From contig OY760175.1 in assembly GCA_963663165.1 (NCBI GenBank), positions 3,168,001 to 3,232,000 of the forward strand: DNA of 64,000 nt, in the 5' to 3' direction. Position numbers and translations under genes: made by a program. Shown here piece by piece: positions 19,898-29,805 of this stretch (position 1 is the stretch's first letter; every line of letters begins with the position of its first letter). This DNA is from an uncultured Desulfospira sp. Its GTDB lineage: Bacteria; Desulfobacterota; Desulfobacteria; Desulfobacterales; Desulfobacteraceae. The notes beneath the pieces are model-generated. The model was not told the DNA's origin. It ran no database searches and worked only from the letters and a program-made list of their open reading frames with translations.

Positions 19898-20743
19898 ATG
19901 GATTTACAGTCAATCATTAAAGAAACCGACGTATTTTTAGAACATCTCGGCCTTAGTGAAGCACCTTTTGGGGTCTATTACGCAGACACCCTGCCGGAAA
20001 AAGCCTTTGGCCCCAAACCTGGTGTCCCCATCTCCCGTGAACTTGAAGACAAGGGAGAAGTGGACATGCAGGAAGTGTTTAAAACCTTTTCCTGTGTGAT
20101 GGGCAACATCTGGCTGGCCAGGAAAAAGCAGGCGGCGGCCTTTATTTCTGCGGAAGAATATGGCTGCCTCGGCGGCGTCTTCTACTGCGCCATGATGACT
20201 CCGAATTTAAGGTTCATTGAGCATTATGTCACCACAGGGTATGAAGGCACCCCCATCCACGGGGAACGGTATCTGCCCTCTCCTGAAGCCATGAGAAAAT
20301 TTCTGGACAGGGTAACGCCGCCCGAACCATCGGGCAAATACTGTATCTTTAAGCCCCTGTCCCACTTTACCGGCAAAGAGGAACCGGAATTTGTTATCTT
20401 TTTTGCAAGGCCCGAAGTAATCTGCGGCCTTTTTGTCCAGACCACATTTACCACAGGAGAGGTGGATTGTGTGGCCGCCCCCTTTGGTGCCGGATGCACC
20501 AATATCCTGGCCTGGCCCCGCTATCACAGGGATAAAGGGCAGGAGAAAGCGGTCCTGGGCGGGTTTGACCCCTCTGCCAGAAAATTTATGAAAACCGATG
20601 AGATGACCTTTACCGTGCCGCTGTCTCTTTATAAAAAGATGCTGGCCGCCCTGCCCGAGTCCATGTTCAACACAGATGGCGCCTGGCAGAATGTGCGCAA
20701 GAAAATCGACCGCAGCGCCAGAACCTGGGGAGAAAAGGAATAA
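19898..20743 (+). CDS. DUF169 family protein
   Basis: SCVMGNIWLARKK, YGCLGG, PFGAGC, GGFDPSAR; strong AAGGAGG RBS. Confidence 0.75.
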   Translation: MDLQSIIKETDVFLEHLGLSEAPFGVYYADTLPEKAFGPKPGVPISRELEDKGEVDMQEVFKTFSCVMGNIWLARKKQAAAFISAEEYGCLGGVFYCAMMTPNLRFIEHYVTTGYEGTPIHGERYLPSPEAMRKFLDRVTPPEPSGKYCIFKPLSHFTGKEEPEFVIFFARPEVICGLFVQTTFTTGEVDCVAAPFGAGCTNILAWPRYHRDKGQEKAVLGGFDPSARKFMKTDEMTFTVPLSLYKKMLAALPESMFNTDGAWQNVRKKIDRSARTWGEKE

Positions 20744-20747
20744 ACGC

Positions 20748-20913
20748 AGACCGGAGAAAGGGAGACCGGAGGCTGAAAATCCCGGCGCCCTCGGGTATAC
20801 GCATTCCAGTCTCCGGTCTCCGTTTTTCGGTTCCCGGTCTCCTTCAATTTTATTGAAAATTATCCATATTTTTCATTCCGGGATGGGTGGCTTTTTTACA
20901 TGCGATGGCCCGG
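20748..20913 (-). mobile_element. Solitary ISAs1-type end with GGAGACC heptamer palindrome
   Basis: Reverse complement begins CCGGGCCATCGCATGTAAAAAA...CCCGGAATGAAAAATATGGATAA, homologous to 8684 onward. Confidence 0.7.
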
Positions 20914-21217
20914 TCTGACGCAACCGGTTGATATCCCGCAGAGGCGGTTCCCCGAACAGGCGGCTGTATTCACGGCTGAACTGGGAGGGGCTTTCATATC
21001 CGACTTCGTATGTGGCACTTAAGGCATCCAGATTCTCTGTGAGCATCAGGCGCCTGGCTTCGTTCAGGCGCAGCCGTTTCTGGAACTGCAGCGGCGTCAG
21101 GGCGGTCACCGCTTTAAAATGGCTGTGAAACGCGGATTTGCTCATACCGGCATTGGCGGCCAGTTCTTTGACACGAAGGGGGCTTGTATATGGTATCTGC
21201 TTATCAACAAAATCCAA
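20873..21217 (-). pseudogene. Truncated AraC-family (YqhC-like) regulator, C-terminal HTH only
   Basis: [55 protein letters not shown]-terminal domain missing; 3' end reads into the ISAs1-type end. Confidence 0.85.
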
Positions 21218-21333
21218 TTTCTTTGAATATCAACATATTGAAACTAAAAATTCATCACAAACGTATAAACAAGACGCCATTATGCTTACAATGCCTGAAA
21301 ACGAGATTCAACATCCTTACCACACTTTTGGAG

Positions 21334-21362
21334 AATCAGGCAATTATATAAACCAATCAGGC
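21334..21362 (+). promoter_or_regulatory. Candidate AraC-type tandem binding sites
   Basis: AATCAGGC direct repeat at 21334 and 21355 (21-bp period) between the AraC remnant and the divergent CMD gene. Confidence 0.45.
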
Positions 21363-21516
21363 TATCGGTTATGCCATTGGGAGGTGTATGCTATGGGCAG
21401 CTCAGGAAAAAAGGCCTTGCAAACCGGCCGGAACGACATCATTCCGGATGGACGGTATGCTGAAAACTTCTCAAATTCCCTGATTCCGGGCCGAAAGATT
21501 TTAAAGGAGACACCAT

Positions 21517-22164
21517 ATGACAACACTAAACACCAAAGAGCGGGCAATCATCGCCATTTCTGCGTTTACCGGCGGCGGTGAGCTCGATCAGCTCAAGCCG
21601 GCCCTTGAAAAAGGGCTTGAGGCCGGCCTGACCGTAAATGAAACCAAAGAGATTCTGGTTCAGATGTATGCGTATGCCGGCTTTCCCAGAAGCCTGAACG
21701 CCATTGGGACCTTTATGGCGGTCATGGATGAGCGCAAGACAAAGGGATGCCGTGACGAGACCGGAAAAGAGTCCGCTCCTTTCCTCAAAAATGAAACCAG
21801 CCTTGAATTCGGCGCAAGGAATCAGACCCGGCTTGTGGGTCAGCCCGTAAAAGGGCCCATGTTTGATTTTGCCCCGGCCATTGACCAGTATCTCAAGGTC
21901 CACCTGTTCGGTGACATTTTCCAGCGGGATGTTTTGACATGGCGGGAACGTGAGTTGGCAACCATTGCCTGCCTGGCCAATATCAACGGCGTCAACAGCC
22001 AGCTGGCCGCTCATTACGGCATCAGCATGAACAACGGCGTGACCCCGGAGCAGCTTCATGAGTTCACATGGGTCCTTGCGGAGTGCTGCGGAAAAGAGGT
22101 GGCACAGAATGCCCGAACCGTTCTTGAACAGGTACTTCACCCTGACTCATCCGGGCAGGAGTGA
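21517..22164 (+). CDS. Carboxymuconolactone decarboxylase family protein (two CMD domains)
   Basis: KEILVQMYAYAGFPRSLNA; HLFGDIFQR..LTWRERELATI; AAGGAG RBS. Confidence 0.88.
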   Translation: MTTLNTKERAIIAISAFTGGGELDQLKPALEKGLEAGLTVNETKEILVQMYAYAGFPRSLNAIGTFMAVMDERKTKGCRDETGKESAPFLKNETSLEFGARNQTRLVGQPVKGPMFDFAPAIDQYLKVHLFGDIFQRDVLTWRERELATIACLANINGVNSQLAAHYGISMNNGVTPEQLHEFTWVLAECCGKEVAQNARTVLEQVLHPDSSGQE

Positions 22165-22232
22165 TCATTGCAGATTCGGTCTGCCCCCGGACACTGTAGA
22201 AATTTAATAAAAACCAGACAGGAGTAAATAAA

Positions 22233-22654
22233 ATGAATTCATCAGACCAGAATCCCCCTTCACCGGCGAAGGCTTTTTCCCCAAAGGCACCAAAAACGAC
22301 GCATATGCCCGTTATTTTACGGGGACCAGCTATCTTGAAATGCTTTCCCTGGAACGGGTGACCATCGGCAATGTCACCTTTGAACAGGAATGCCGCAATT
22401 TCTGGCACATCCACCACAAGGGCGGCCAGATCCTTCTGGTGACCGGCGGCCGCGGCTGGGACCAGGAAGCCGGGCAACCGGCCAGGGAGCTGTTTGCCGG
22501 AGATGTCGTCAATATTGCACCGGAAACCAAACACTGGCACGGCACCGCCAAAGACAGCTGGTTTGCCCATGTGGCGGTTGAAGTGCCGGCCCAAGGCGCT
22601 TCCAATGAGTGGCTTGAGCCGGTATCCGACGAGGCCTACGATCAGCTTAAATAA
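22233..22654 (+). pseudogene. Cupin-domain protein, frameshifted in a C5 run
   Basis: AGGAG plus ATG at 22233 (MNSSDQNP). One extra C at 22254-22258 joins it to FTGEGFFPKG...NVTFE..CRNFWHIH..GGQILLVTGG..KHWHG. Confidence 0.75.
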
Positions 22655-22733
22655 GGGTCTTTGTCATACGGCTCAGAAGGGCCAACCTCAATTTTTCACA
22701 GCGGTGGCCCGTGTCCAGTCAATCCCAAAACCG

Positions 22734-22928
22734 GGCCTTGATTATATTGATATGATGATCATCCACAGTCCAAGACCCTGGATGAAATATCATGAATCCG
22801 AGCCTTTTTTTGAAGGCAACCGGGAAGCCTGGAAAGCCCTGGAACAAGCATATAAAGCAGGAAAACTGTGGGCCATCGGCGTATCAAACTTTGAAAAAGA
22901 GGACCTGAACAATATTCTTTCTTCCTGT
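22734..22928 (+). pseudogene. Internal fragment of an aldo/keto reductase
   Basis: GLDYIDMMIIHSPRPW...AWKALE.AYKAGKL.AIGVSNF; both termini missing. Confidence 0.85.
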
Positions 22929-22959
22929 CGGGGTGAACAAATCCGCATCCGCCCTGCTG

Positions 22960-23264
22960 GGGCCGGTATCATGTGGATCATATACGCCGTGGCCACAGGC
23001 AATCCACAAATGGTCACCGTAACGTCAGGGAATGCATGATATCCATCAGTTCGGCACGGACTGTTTCTTATGGACCTTCCTTGCCTTTTGCGCGGGGACC
23101 GGCGGCTCGTTGCTGATCATCGGTTCCGCCGCCGGGATGGCGGCCATGGGCCTGGAAAAAATAAATTTCTTCTGGTATGTAAAAAAATCAGCGGACTGGC
23201 CGCCCCGGGGTATGTGGCCGGTATACTGGTTTTTCTGGCACAATTTCGACTGCTACACGCCTGA
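22960..23264 (+). pseudogene. Remnant of an NhaD-type Na+/H+ antiporter
   Basis: FLAFCAGTGGSLLIIGSAAGMAAMGLEKINFFWYVKK, frameshift in an A-run near 23185, then ISGLAAPGYVAGI. Confidence 0.75.
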
Positions 23265-23305
23265 CTGTAAAAAACAACCGCAAAATAAAAGGGAACCATA
23301 GGGAT

Positions 23306-23824
23306 ATGGAAGCACAACTGCTGGACAATTACAGGGCACTTGTCAGACGGGCGGATGACCATGTCCGGGCCGTACTGACCCGGTATGGCCGCTATATTAC
23401 CTGCCGGAAAGGATGTGACGCCTGCTGCCGTTTCTTAACCCTGTTCCCTGTGGAAGCGGTTGCCCTTTCAGCGGCCTTTGTTGAACTGGACCCGGAATCC
23501 AGGGCACTTATTGAAACTGCCTGTGCCCAAGACACCGCCTGCCCGCTGCTCCACCACCATGAATGCCTGCTTTACGCGGCAAGGCCCCTGATCTGCCGGA
23601 CCCACGGGCTCCCGATCTGTTTTAAGGAACAGGACAGCCTCAAGGTGGATTTCTGCCCTGAAAATTTTAAGGGCCTTGCCACACTGCCCGGGGATGCCCT
23701 GCTGGATCTGGATCAGCTGAACACCACTCTGGCCGCTGTAAACACCCTGTTCTTAGATTCAATTGATGCGGATCTTCCGGACCGGATTCCCATTTCCCAG
23801 GCCCTGTTCCTGCTGGAGACCTGA
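23306..23824 (+). CDS. YkgJ family cysteine-cluster (CxxCxxCC) protein
   Basis: CRKGCDACC ... CPLL...CLLYAARPLICRTHG. Confidence 0.88.
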   Translation: MEAQLLDNYRALVRRADDHVRAVLTRYGRYITCRKGCDACCRFLTLFPVEAVALSAAFVELDPESRALIETACAQDTACPLLHHHECLLYAARPLICRTHGLPICFKEQDSLKVDFCPENFKGLATLPGDALLDLDQLNTTLAAVNTLFLDSIDADLPDRIPISQALFLLET

Positions 23825-23827
23825 CCC

Positions 23828-24613
23828 ATGGAAAACAACGGCATACAAATCACCTGGCTGGGCACGGCAGCCTTCCGGATCAAAACCCGGAAAACCGATT
23901 TTTTAACCGATCCCTTTATCAGCCGGAATTCAATGGCATCCCCGGTTCAGGCGCTGGGCCCGGAACATTTCGGGCAGTTCCCCCTGGTCTTCCTGTCCCA
24001 CGGTCATTTTGACCATGCCAAAGACCTGCCGAAGATCCAGCCGGAACGCCTATGTTGTGCCCAATCCCTTAGCCCGGGCCTGATCAGAAAAGGGATCCCG
24101 GAAAAGCGGCTTATCCCCATACGCCATGACGGCCAGGGTTGTGAAATAAATTCATGTCAGGCAACCGCCTTTTTCAGCCGGCATATCCGGTTTGACCTTC
24201 CCCTGGTCAAAGACCGGGCCAGGGCAGGCCTTTTTGACCTTCTCCCCTGCATCCGGCTGCTTTGGGACTGGCCCTGCGGCCAGGTGTTAAGCTGGCAGTT
24301 TTTTTTAAATAAAAAGGTGATTCATTTTTTTGGAAGCGCCGGGTCCACCAAAGAAGAACTTCAAAAAATCGCTGCCAAAGGACCGGTCCATATCCTCATG
24401 CTGCCCCTTCAGGGACGTTCAACCATCTGTGATACCGCCCTTGATTATGTGAGGATTCTCAAACCCCAAACCGTCATTGCCCACCACCACGATGATTTCT
24501 ACCCCCCGGTATCCAGGAGTGAAGATATCACCCCCTTTACCCGGGGCATGGCCCGAAAATTCCCACAGATCAGACTGATCATCCCCCGGATCAACCGGCC
24601 CGTCCGGGTGTAA
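23828..24613 (+). CDS. MBL-fold metallo-hydrolase
   Basis: ITWLGTA, TDPFIS, SHGHFDH, AHHHDDF. Confidence 0.88.
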   Translation: MENNGIQITWLGTAAFRIKTRKTDFLTDPFISRNSMASPVQALGPEHFGQFPLVFLSHGHFDHAKDLPKIQPERLCCAQSLSPGLIRKGIPEKRLIPIRHDGQGCEINSCQATAFFSRHIRFDLPLVKDRARAGLFDLLPCIRLLWDWPCGQVLSWQFFLNKKVIHFFGSAGSTKEELQKIAAKGPVHILMLPLQGRSTICDTALDYVRILKPQTVIAHHHDDFYPPVSRSEDITPFTRGMARKFPQIRLIIPRINRPVRV

Positions 24614-24710
24614 TCAATAAAAACAATGCCGGGCCTTTTCTTGAACATCGGATAAAATGTTCCGAAAAAACCCGGCAGCCCGAAAGTTTAACATCGGGCT
24701 GGAAAAAAGG

Positions 24711-26498
24711 TTACGATAGTTTGAACCGGCCCATTAACGCCTTGAGCCGGGCCGAAAGGTCTGCCAGCCCATGGGCCGTATCCCTGACGCCGACGCTGCT
24801 GTCTGAGATTTCGCCTGACGCCAGGCTGACATTGGCTATATTTCCCGCCACTTCATCGGCCGCAACGGCACATTGTGCCACATTGTCGGTCACTTCTGAA
24901 ATCCCCAGAGAGGCCTGGGAAACATTTTGGGCAATTTCCCTGGTGGCTTCGGACTGCTGCTCCACAGCCTCCACAATAGCCCCGACGCTGTCGTTCACCG
25001 AATTAATCACCTGGATGATCTGTTCAATGCCTTGGGTGGTCTCTTTTGTTGAATCCTGCATCCGTTCGATCTTCATCCGGATCTCGGTGGTGGCATCGGC
25101 GGTCTGGGCGGCCAGGTTTTTGATTTCATTGGCCACCACGGCAAATCCTTTGCCGGCCTCCCCTGCCCTGGCCGCCTCAATGGTGGCATTTAAGGCCAGA
25201 AGGTTGGTCTGTTCCGAGATATCGGTGATGGTTTCGGTCACCTTGCCGATCTCAAGGGCGGCCCGACCCAGTTCCGTCACTTTCTCAGACGCCTGGCCGG
25301 CCCGGGACACGGCGGCCCGGGTCACATCCCGTGACTGCTCCGTATTGTTCACAATTTCCTGGATGGTTGCCGTCATCTCTTCGGCCGCCACGGAAACCGA
25401 AGCGACATTTCCGGCGGTCTCCTCTATGGAGGCCCTGACGCTGGCCATGCCGGCACTCATCTCTTCAGCAGCCGCCGCAACCGATACGGCCAGTTCAGAG
25501 GCATCCGAAGACTTGGCCGACATGGACCCGGCCGCCTGGTTCAGCTGATCAGAGGAGACCGACAAGGTGCCCACCCCCTGATTGAGGTCATCCATCATCT
25601 GCCGCAGATTGGCAATCATGGCATTCATGGCGCCGGCGAGTTTACCGGTCTCATCATCACAAATGACCGCCATATCCCGGCTCAGATCACCGCCGGACAT
25701 GCGATTGGCAAAATCAACCCCCTGTTTTAACCGGCCGGTGATGGACCGGGCCACCAGAAAGAATACCACCGAGGCCAGAATGATGCCGGCCAGCACCAGA
25801 ACAACGGCCTTGACAATTGAGGCACGCAGGGCGGCGTCCGCCTTATCCAGGGACTGGATCACTTCAAAGGCCCCATGGATCTCGCCTGCCTTCCAGTTCT
25901 CAAACGTTCCGCCCGTTGGATCTTTTCCATCATCGCGCCCCCACAGGGCTTTGGACTGGGCCGGATCACCATGGCAGATCAGGCAGGATTCAGTCAGCCG
26001 GATGGGAAGAAAATACCGCACGGCATTGATCTTGGGATCCACCACATAATACTCGCTGAGCCGCTCTTTTTTTATTGTTTCAAGGGCCGGCCCCTCAATC
26101 TTGTAGTCTTTACCGTAATCCGGGCCGTTTTCAGGACGCCGTGGGCTGAACTTGGGCACCCTGAAGGTGAAATCACCCTGTTCGGCTTTGCGCATGGCCG
26201 CATTCCATGCCGTCACCACAGGGATAGTGCCCAAAAGCTTGTCTGTCTCGTTATTCCGGGCATAGGCCTTGATGGCGTCAAGGGGGAACAGCCCCAGGGA
26301 CCATTTCTCATCCATCTCCTGCCGGGTGGATTCACAAATCAGACAGATAGACCGGGCCTTTTCCACATAGGCATCAATGGTTTGGGCCTTGTCTGACCGG
26401 ACATAAAAAAAGAGCAGGACACCCGTCAAAAGGACAGTGGTTCCGATGCCCACGGTTAAAAATTTGACAAAGATCGGCAGATCGAGAATTTTCTTCAT
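24711..26498 (-). CDS. Methyl-accepting chemotaxis protein with periplasmic c-heme (DUF3365-like) sensor
   Basis: TM1, SCLICHG (CxxCH), TM2, [31 protein letters not shown]. Confidence 0.93.
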   Translation of the reverse strand: MKKILDLPIFVKFLTVGIGTTVLLTGVLLFFYVRSDKAQTIDAYVEKARSICLICESTRQEMDEKWSLGLFPLDAIKAYARNNETDKLLGTIPVVTAWNAAMRKAEQGDFTFRVPKFSPRRPENGPDYGKDYKIEGPALETIKKERLSEYYVVDPKINAVRYFLPIRLTESCLICHGDPAQSKALWGRDDGKDPTGGTFENWKAGEIHGAFEVIQSLDKADAALRASIVKAVVLVLAGIILASVVFFLVARSITGRLKQGVDFANRMSGGDLSRDMAVICDDETGKLAGAMNAMIANLRQMMDDLNQGVGTLSVSSDQLNQAAGSMSAKSSDASELAVSVAAAAEEMSAGMASVRASIEETAGNVASVSVAAEEMTATIQEIVNNTEQSRDVTRAAVSRAGQASEKVTELGRAALEIGKVTETITDISEQTNLLALNATIEAARAGEAGKGFAVVANEIKNLAAQTADATTEIRMKIERMQDSTKETTQGIEQIIQVINSVNDSVGAIVEAVEQQSEATREIAQNVSQASLGISEVTDNVAQCAVAADEVAGNIANVSLASGEISDSSVGVRDTAHGLADLSARLKALMGRFKLS

Positions 26499-26713
26499 TA
26501 TTCCTCCGAATGGAAAAAGATCTTTTCCCAGGCAGCCGGAAACTGGAATGATGCTGCTCTGGATAGAAATGTTTATGGCAATTCAATAAATTTAACAGAT
26601 TTATGGGGTCAGCTCAATAATGAAAACAAAGACGGGAAACGGGAGACCCCAGACCGGAAGATGGCAGACCCCTTTGTCTCAGGGTGATCGCATGGAACTT
26701 ACCTATAGTTTTT

Positions 26714-26860
26714 ATAAGAAACTGGAGACAAGAAACAAGAGACAAGAGGGCGAAGCACCTGCGGTGCCCAATTTATAGTCTACCGTTGCTGGTATCTTCA
26801 GTTTCATTATTCGTTGTGGGCGGTTCTTGGTTGGATAACCAAGACGGCCCGTGGCCGTTA
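26714..26860 (+). repeat. Two-hairpin structured repeat, copy 3
   Basis: First ~105 bp nearly identical to 9461-9561 (one extra heptamer); second hairpin nearly identical to 9623-9660. Confidence 0.92.
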
Positions 26861-27156
26861 ATCGAACGATGGGTGAACAGATGATAATATAATCCTTCCC
26901 CGCCATTTGAAAGGGGCCACCCCAGGATATTGTGTCGGGTCCAACCCCGTAACCTAAGAACTTATAGACATCTGTCGCCCACCGCCCAAGCAGAAAACCC
27001 CGAAAAAGACGGAATATCAAAGTGTTGAATATTAATAATGGTCCGGGGTTCTGAATCCATCATTGTAGGGGTTCTGTTTTTGACATAGTCTGCAGAGTGA
27101 AATTTTAAAATGCCATACAAACCAAACGAACGAAAGGCATTCTCAATGCGTGAAAG

Positions 27157-27504
27157 TTATTCTATAAGCTGCTCAACAGTTAATTCCATCGCATCTGCCA
27201 ATTTGATCAAGGAGCTTTTCCGGGGATTGGCATCCGGTCTCTCTATCCGGGCCAATGCCGGTTGCTTTATCCCTGCTTTAGCAGCAAGTTCCGCCTGGGT
27301 CAGACCTAAATATTCCCGCCAAGCTTTTACAAGGCTGTCGCCTCTGACATTTGCCTTTACCACTTCGTGGGGAAACCATACGTCAGATTCGTCCGGCTCA
27401 ATACCGTCAACCAGTACCTGGTATTCATCCCATGGAATGACGGCAAAAGCTGGTTTTCCACCTTGCTCAATAATTTGGACATTATTGGTAAGTACAGTTG
27501 TCAC
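27157..27504 (-). CDS. XRE/HigA-like HTH antitoxin
   Basis: VQIIEQGGKPAFAVIPWDEY N-terminus; VKAWREYLGLTQAELAAKAGIKQPALARIE HTH; overlaps the toxin gene. Confidence 0.9.
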   Translation of the reverse strand: MTTVLTNNVQIIEQGGKPAFAVIPWDEYQVLVDGIEPDESDVWFPHEVVKANVRGDSLVKAWREYLGLTQAELAAKAGIKQPALARIERPDANPRKSSLIKLADAMELTVEQLIE

Positions 27505-27745
27505 GTTTTTTTACCTCCTGAATGGCGATTATCTTAACCTGCTCTTCGTCGTCAAAAAGGACTCGATAGCGGCCTACCCTCATTCTGTAATCGTATTTGT
27601 GTTTTTTCAGCGCCTTAACATCAAGGCCTTTACAAGCGGGGAACTCTGCCAACTGGTCAACACTTTCAAAAATGGCTTCCTGGTACTCTTTGGGAACCTT
27701 TTTCATTTGTTTGCGGGCTTTGTTGCTCCATCGAATCGTTTTCAT
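27482..27745 (-). CDS. RelE/ParE (HigB-like) type II toxin
   Basis: IRWSNKARKQMKK, DVKALK, YRMRVGRYRVLF, IQEVKKRD. Confidence 0.92.
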   Translation of the reverse strand: MKTIRWSNKARKQMKKVPKEYQEAIFESVDQLAEFPACKGLDVKALKKHKYDYRMRVGRYRVLFDDEEQVKIIAIQEVKKRDNCTYQ

Positions 27746-27793
27746 AAAACCATAATAACAAAATATAACAATATGTCAATTTTGAAGTTATAT
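27746..27793 (-). promoter_or_regulatory. TA promoter (extended -10, probably leaderless) with operator IR
   Basis: Minus strand TTGACA-N16-(TGn)TATTAT-N6-ATG; ATATAAC/GTTATAT IR (27763-27769 and 27787-27793) brackets the -35. Confidence 0.6.
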
Positions 27794-28087
27794 AATATTA
27801 TATAGATAAAATCATATTAATATCGAATAAATTTGCCTGAGGTATTAAGAACTCCTAAGCTAATTTTGAGGCAGCGGTCACTACTTTTGTTATTGGTGGA
27901 CTGGATCAAAAATCTGGAAGATCAAATCAAGGTTCTGAGGTGAAGACTACCTCCAAAACAAAATCCGTTTTTTGTATGGAAGACCACCCCGGACTGTCCC
28001 TGTACTTCTGATCAAAAAAATTAGGATATTGAAATTGGGACCTGTCCTGGTTTCCCTGTGAGTAACGAAAATAATGTATATTGTTGA

Positions 28088-28166
28088 GACTTGGGATATG
28101 GGATATGGGACTTGGGGAGGCCGTGGATGCCGCAATCCCCAGGTCCCATATCCCAAGTCCCAAGTC
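28088..28166. repeat. Heptamer (GGGATAT/GGGACTT) tandem palindrome, copy 1
   Basis: GACTTGGGATATGGGATATGGGACTTGGG...CCCAGGTCCCATATCCCAAGTCCCAAGTC; near-identical at 30088-30168. Confidence 0.9.
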
Positions 28167-28409
28167 CAATTTTTTGGATTATCCTTATTTTTCATTCCGG
28201 GATGGACTGTTTTTTTACATGCGATGGCCCTGGCCCTTTGCCTGATAATCCTGGATATTTTTTTCAAAATGGCATATTAATCTTTGTTCCCCCCATGACG
28301 CGGTATTTAGGTCATCCCGCCATGAACCGGGATAATGAGTTGACCTATGGAACACAAAATAACAGTCCCGGCACTGCAATCCAACGGCACATCCACAGAA
28401 CGAAACTGA

Positions 28410-29651
28410 ATGAAGACAGAAAACCATCGATCACAGCCCGTAAAAAAGGGGCCCGGCTACAGGGAATTTGTTACCCTGATGGCGGTCATTATCTCCATCA
28501 CCGCCCTCTCCATTGATATGATGCTGCCGGCCCTTCCGGATATTGGACGGCAGCTTGGGGCAAGTCATCCCAACCATGCCCAGCTGGTGGTTTCCCTGGT
28601 GCTGTTCGGCTTTGGGGCCGGGCAGATTTTACTGGGCCCCCTGTCAGACTGCTTTGGCAGAAAGCCGATCATCCTTATGGGATTTTTGGTGTTTATTCTG
28701 GGATGCCTGATCTCAATTTTCTCCACCGGGTTTCACATGATGCTGGCGGGACGGTTTATCCAGGGGATTGGGATGGCCGGGCCTCGAACAGCCATTATTG
28801 CGCTTATCAGGGATTTGTACAGCGGACGGCCCATGGCCCGGATCGTGTCCGTGATCATGGCGGTATTCATTTTCATTCCCGCCATTGCACCTGCCTTGGG
28901 GCAAACCATTTTGCTGGTCGCGGGCTGGCGCAGCATTTTCGGTTTTTTAATGTTCCAGGGGGTCATCACGCTGACATGGTTCTGCCTTCGCCAGCCCGAG
29001 ACCCTGCCCAAAGAGAACCGTCTGCCCTTTTCTTTGAAGCGGATTCTAAAGGGGGGAACAGACGTGGTTCAAAACCGGGTCGCCATAGGGTATACCCTGG
29101 CCTCCGGGTTTATGCTGGGTGCCTTTGTGGGCTACCTGAACTGCGCCCAGCAGATTTTTCAGGATACATACGGTCTTGGCCGGGAATTTCCAATCTATAT
29201 GGCGTTTCTCGCACTGTCTGTGGGCAGTGCCTCCTTTGTCAATTCCCGCATTGTCATGCGCCTGGGCATGAGGGCATTGTCCTGGTGGTCTGTGGTTGCA
29301 TTTATCGTTGTGACAAGTATTTACCTTTTTATCACCCTCATGCTGCACGGCCATTCACCCCTCTGGTTGACCATGGTCTGTTTTTCCGTATCATTTTTCT
29401 GTCTGGGAATCGTTTTCGGCAATCAGAATGCCATTGCCATGGAACCGCTGGCCCATATTGCAGGGGTTGGATCTGCCGTGATTGGAAGTCTTGCCACCCT
29501 GCTCTCCTCACTTTTGGGCATGATTGTGGGCCAGTTCTTCAACGGCACCACCGTACCGCTGACTGTGGGATTTGTCATTCTCGGGGCATTCACAGCAGGG
29601 GCCATGTACTGGGCCAATGGCCCGTCCAAAAGGCCCAATACCCGGGGATAA
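28410..29651 (+). CDS. Bcr/CflA family multidrug MFS transporter
   Basis: ALSIDMMLPALP, GPLSDCFGRKP, RDLYSGRPMAR, GWRSIF, PETL. Confidence 0.93.
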   Translation: MKTENHRSQPVKKGPGYREFVTLMAVIISITALSIDMMLPALPDIGRQLGASHPNHAQLVVSLVLFGFGAGQILLGPLSDCFGRKPIILMGFLVFILGCLISIFSTGFHMMLAGRFIQGIGMAGPRTAIIALIRDLYSGRPMARIVSVIMAVFIFIPAIAPALGQTILLVAGWRSIFGFLMFQGVITLTWFCLRQPETLPKENRLPFSLKRILKGGTDVVQNRVAIGYTLASGFMLGAFVGYLNCAQQIFQDTYGLGREFPIYMAFLALSVGSASFVNSRIVMRLGMRALSWWSVVAFIVVTSIYLFITLMLHGHSPLWLTMVCFSVSFFCLGIVFGNQNAIAMEPLAHIAGVGSAVIGSLATLLSSLLGMIVGQFFNGTTVPLTVGFVILGAFTAGAMYWANGPSKRPNTRG

Positions 29652-29805
29652 GCCCATCTCCGGGGACATGGCGATTCCCCGGCGATCGACATCGACGATA
29701 TCGTTATAGGCGGATCTTCCAGGGATAGAGACCGCAATGACCATGGCTGCTGCGGATTCCTCTCAGGCAAGGCCTTTGGAAAGGCAGAATCCCTGTAGGC
29801 CGTCA

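Larger units (their letters stand above)
26680..28232. mobile_element. Transposase-less element with ISAs1-type ends carrying a toxin-antitoxin module
   Basis: Ends CAGGGTGATCGCATGGAA (26680) and TTACATGCGATGGCCCTG (28232); flanks CCCCTTTGTCT and GCCCTTTGCCT resemble a target duplication. Confidence 0.7.

Noticed and set aside
28703..29728. Long alternative-frame or antisense ORFs (341 aa here; also 24721-25548, 30427-31182, 57180-57923)
   Set aside because: Shadows of well-supported GC-rich genes with no recognisable motifs
29650..29805. Possible minus-strand gene remnant (GFCLSKGLA*EESAAAMVIAVSIPG) cut by the MITE
   Set aside because: Only a faint resemblance to CMD/AhpD proteins; too short and interrupted to call
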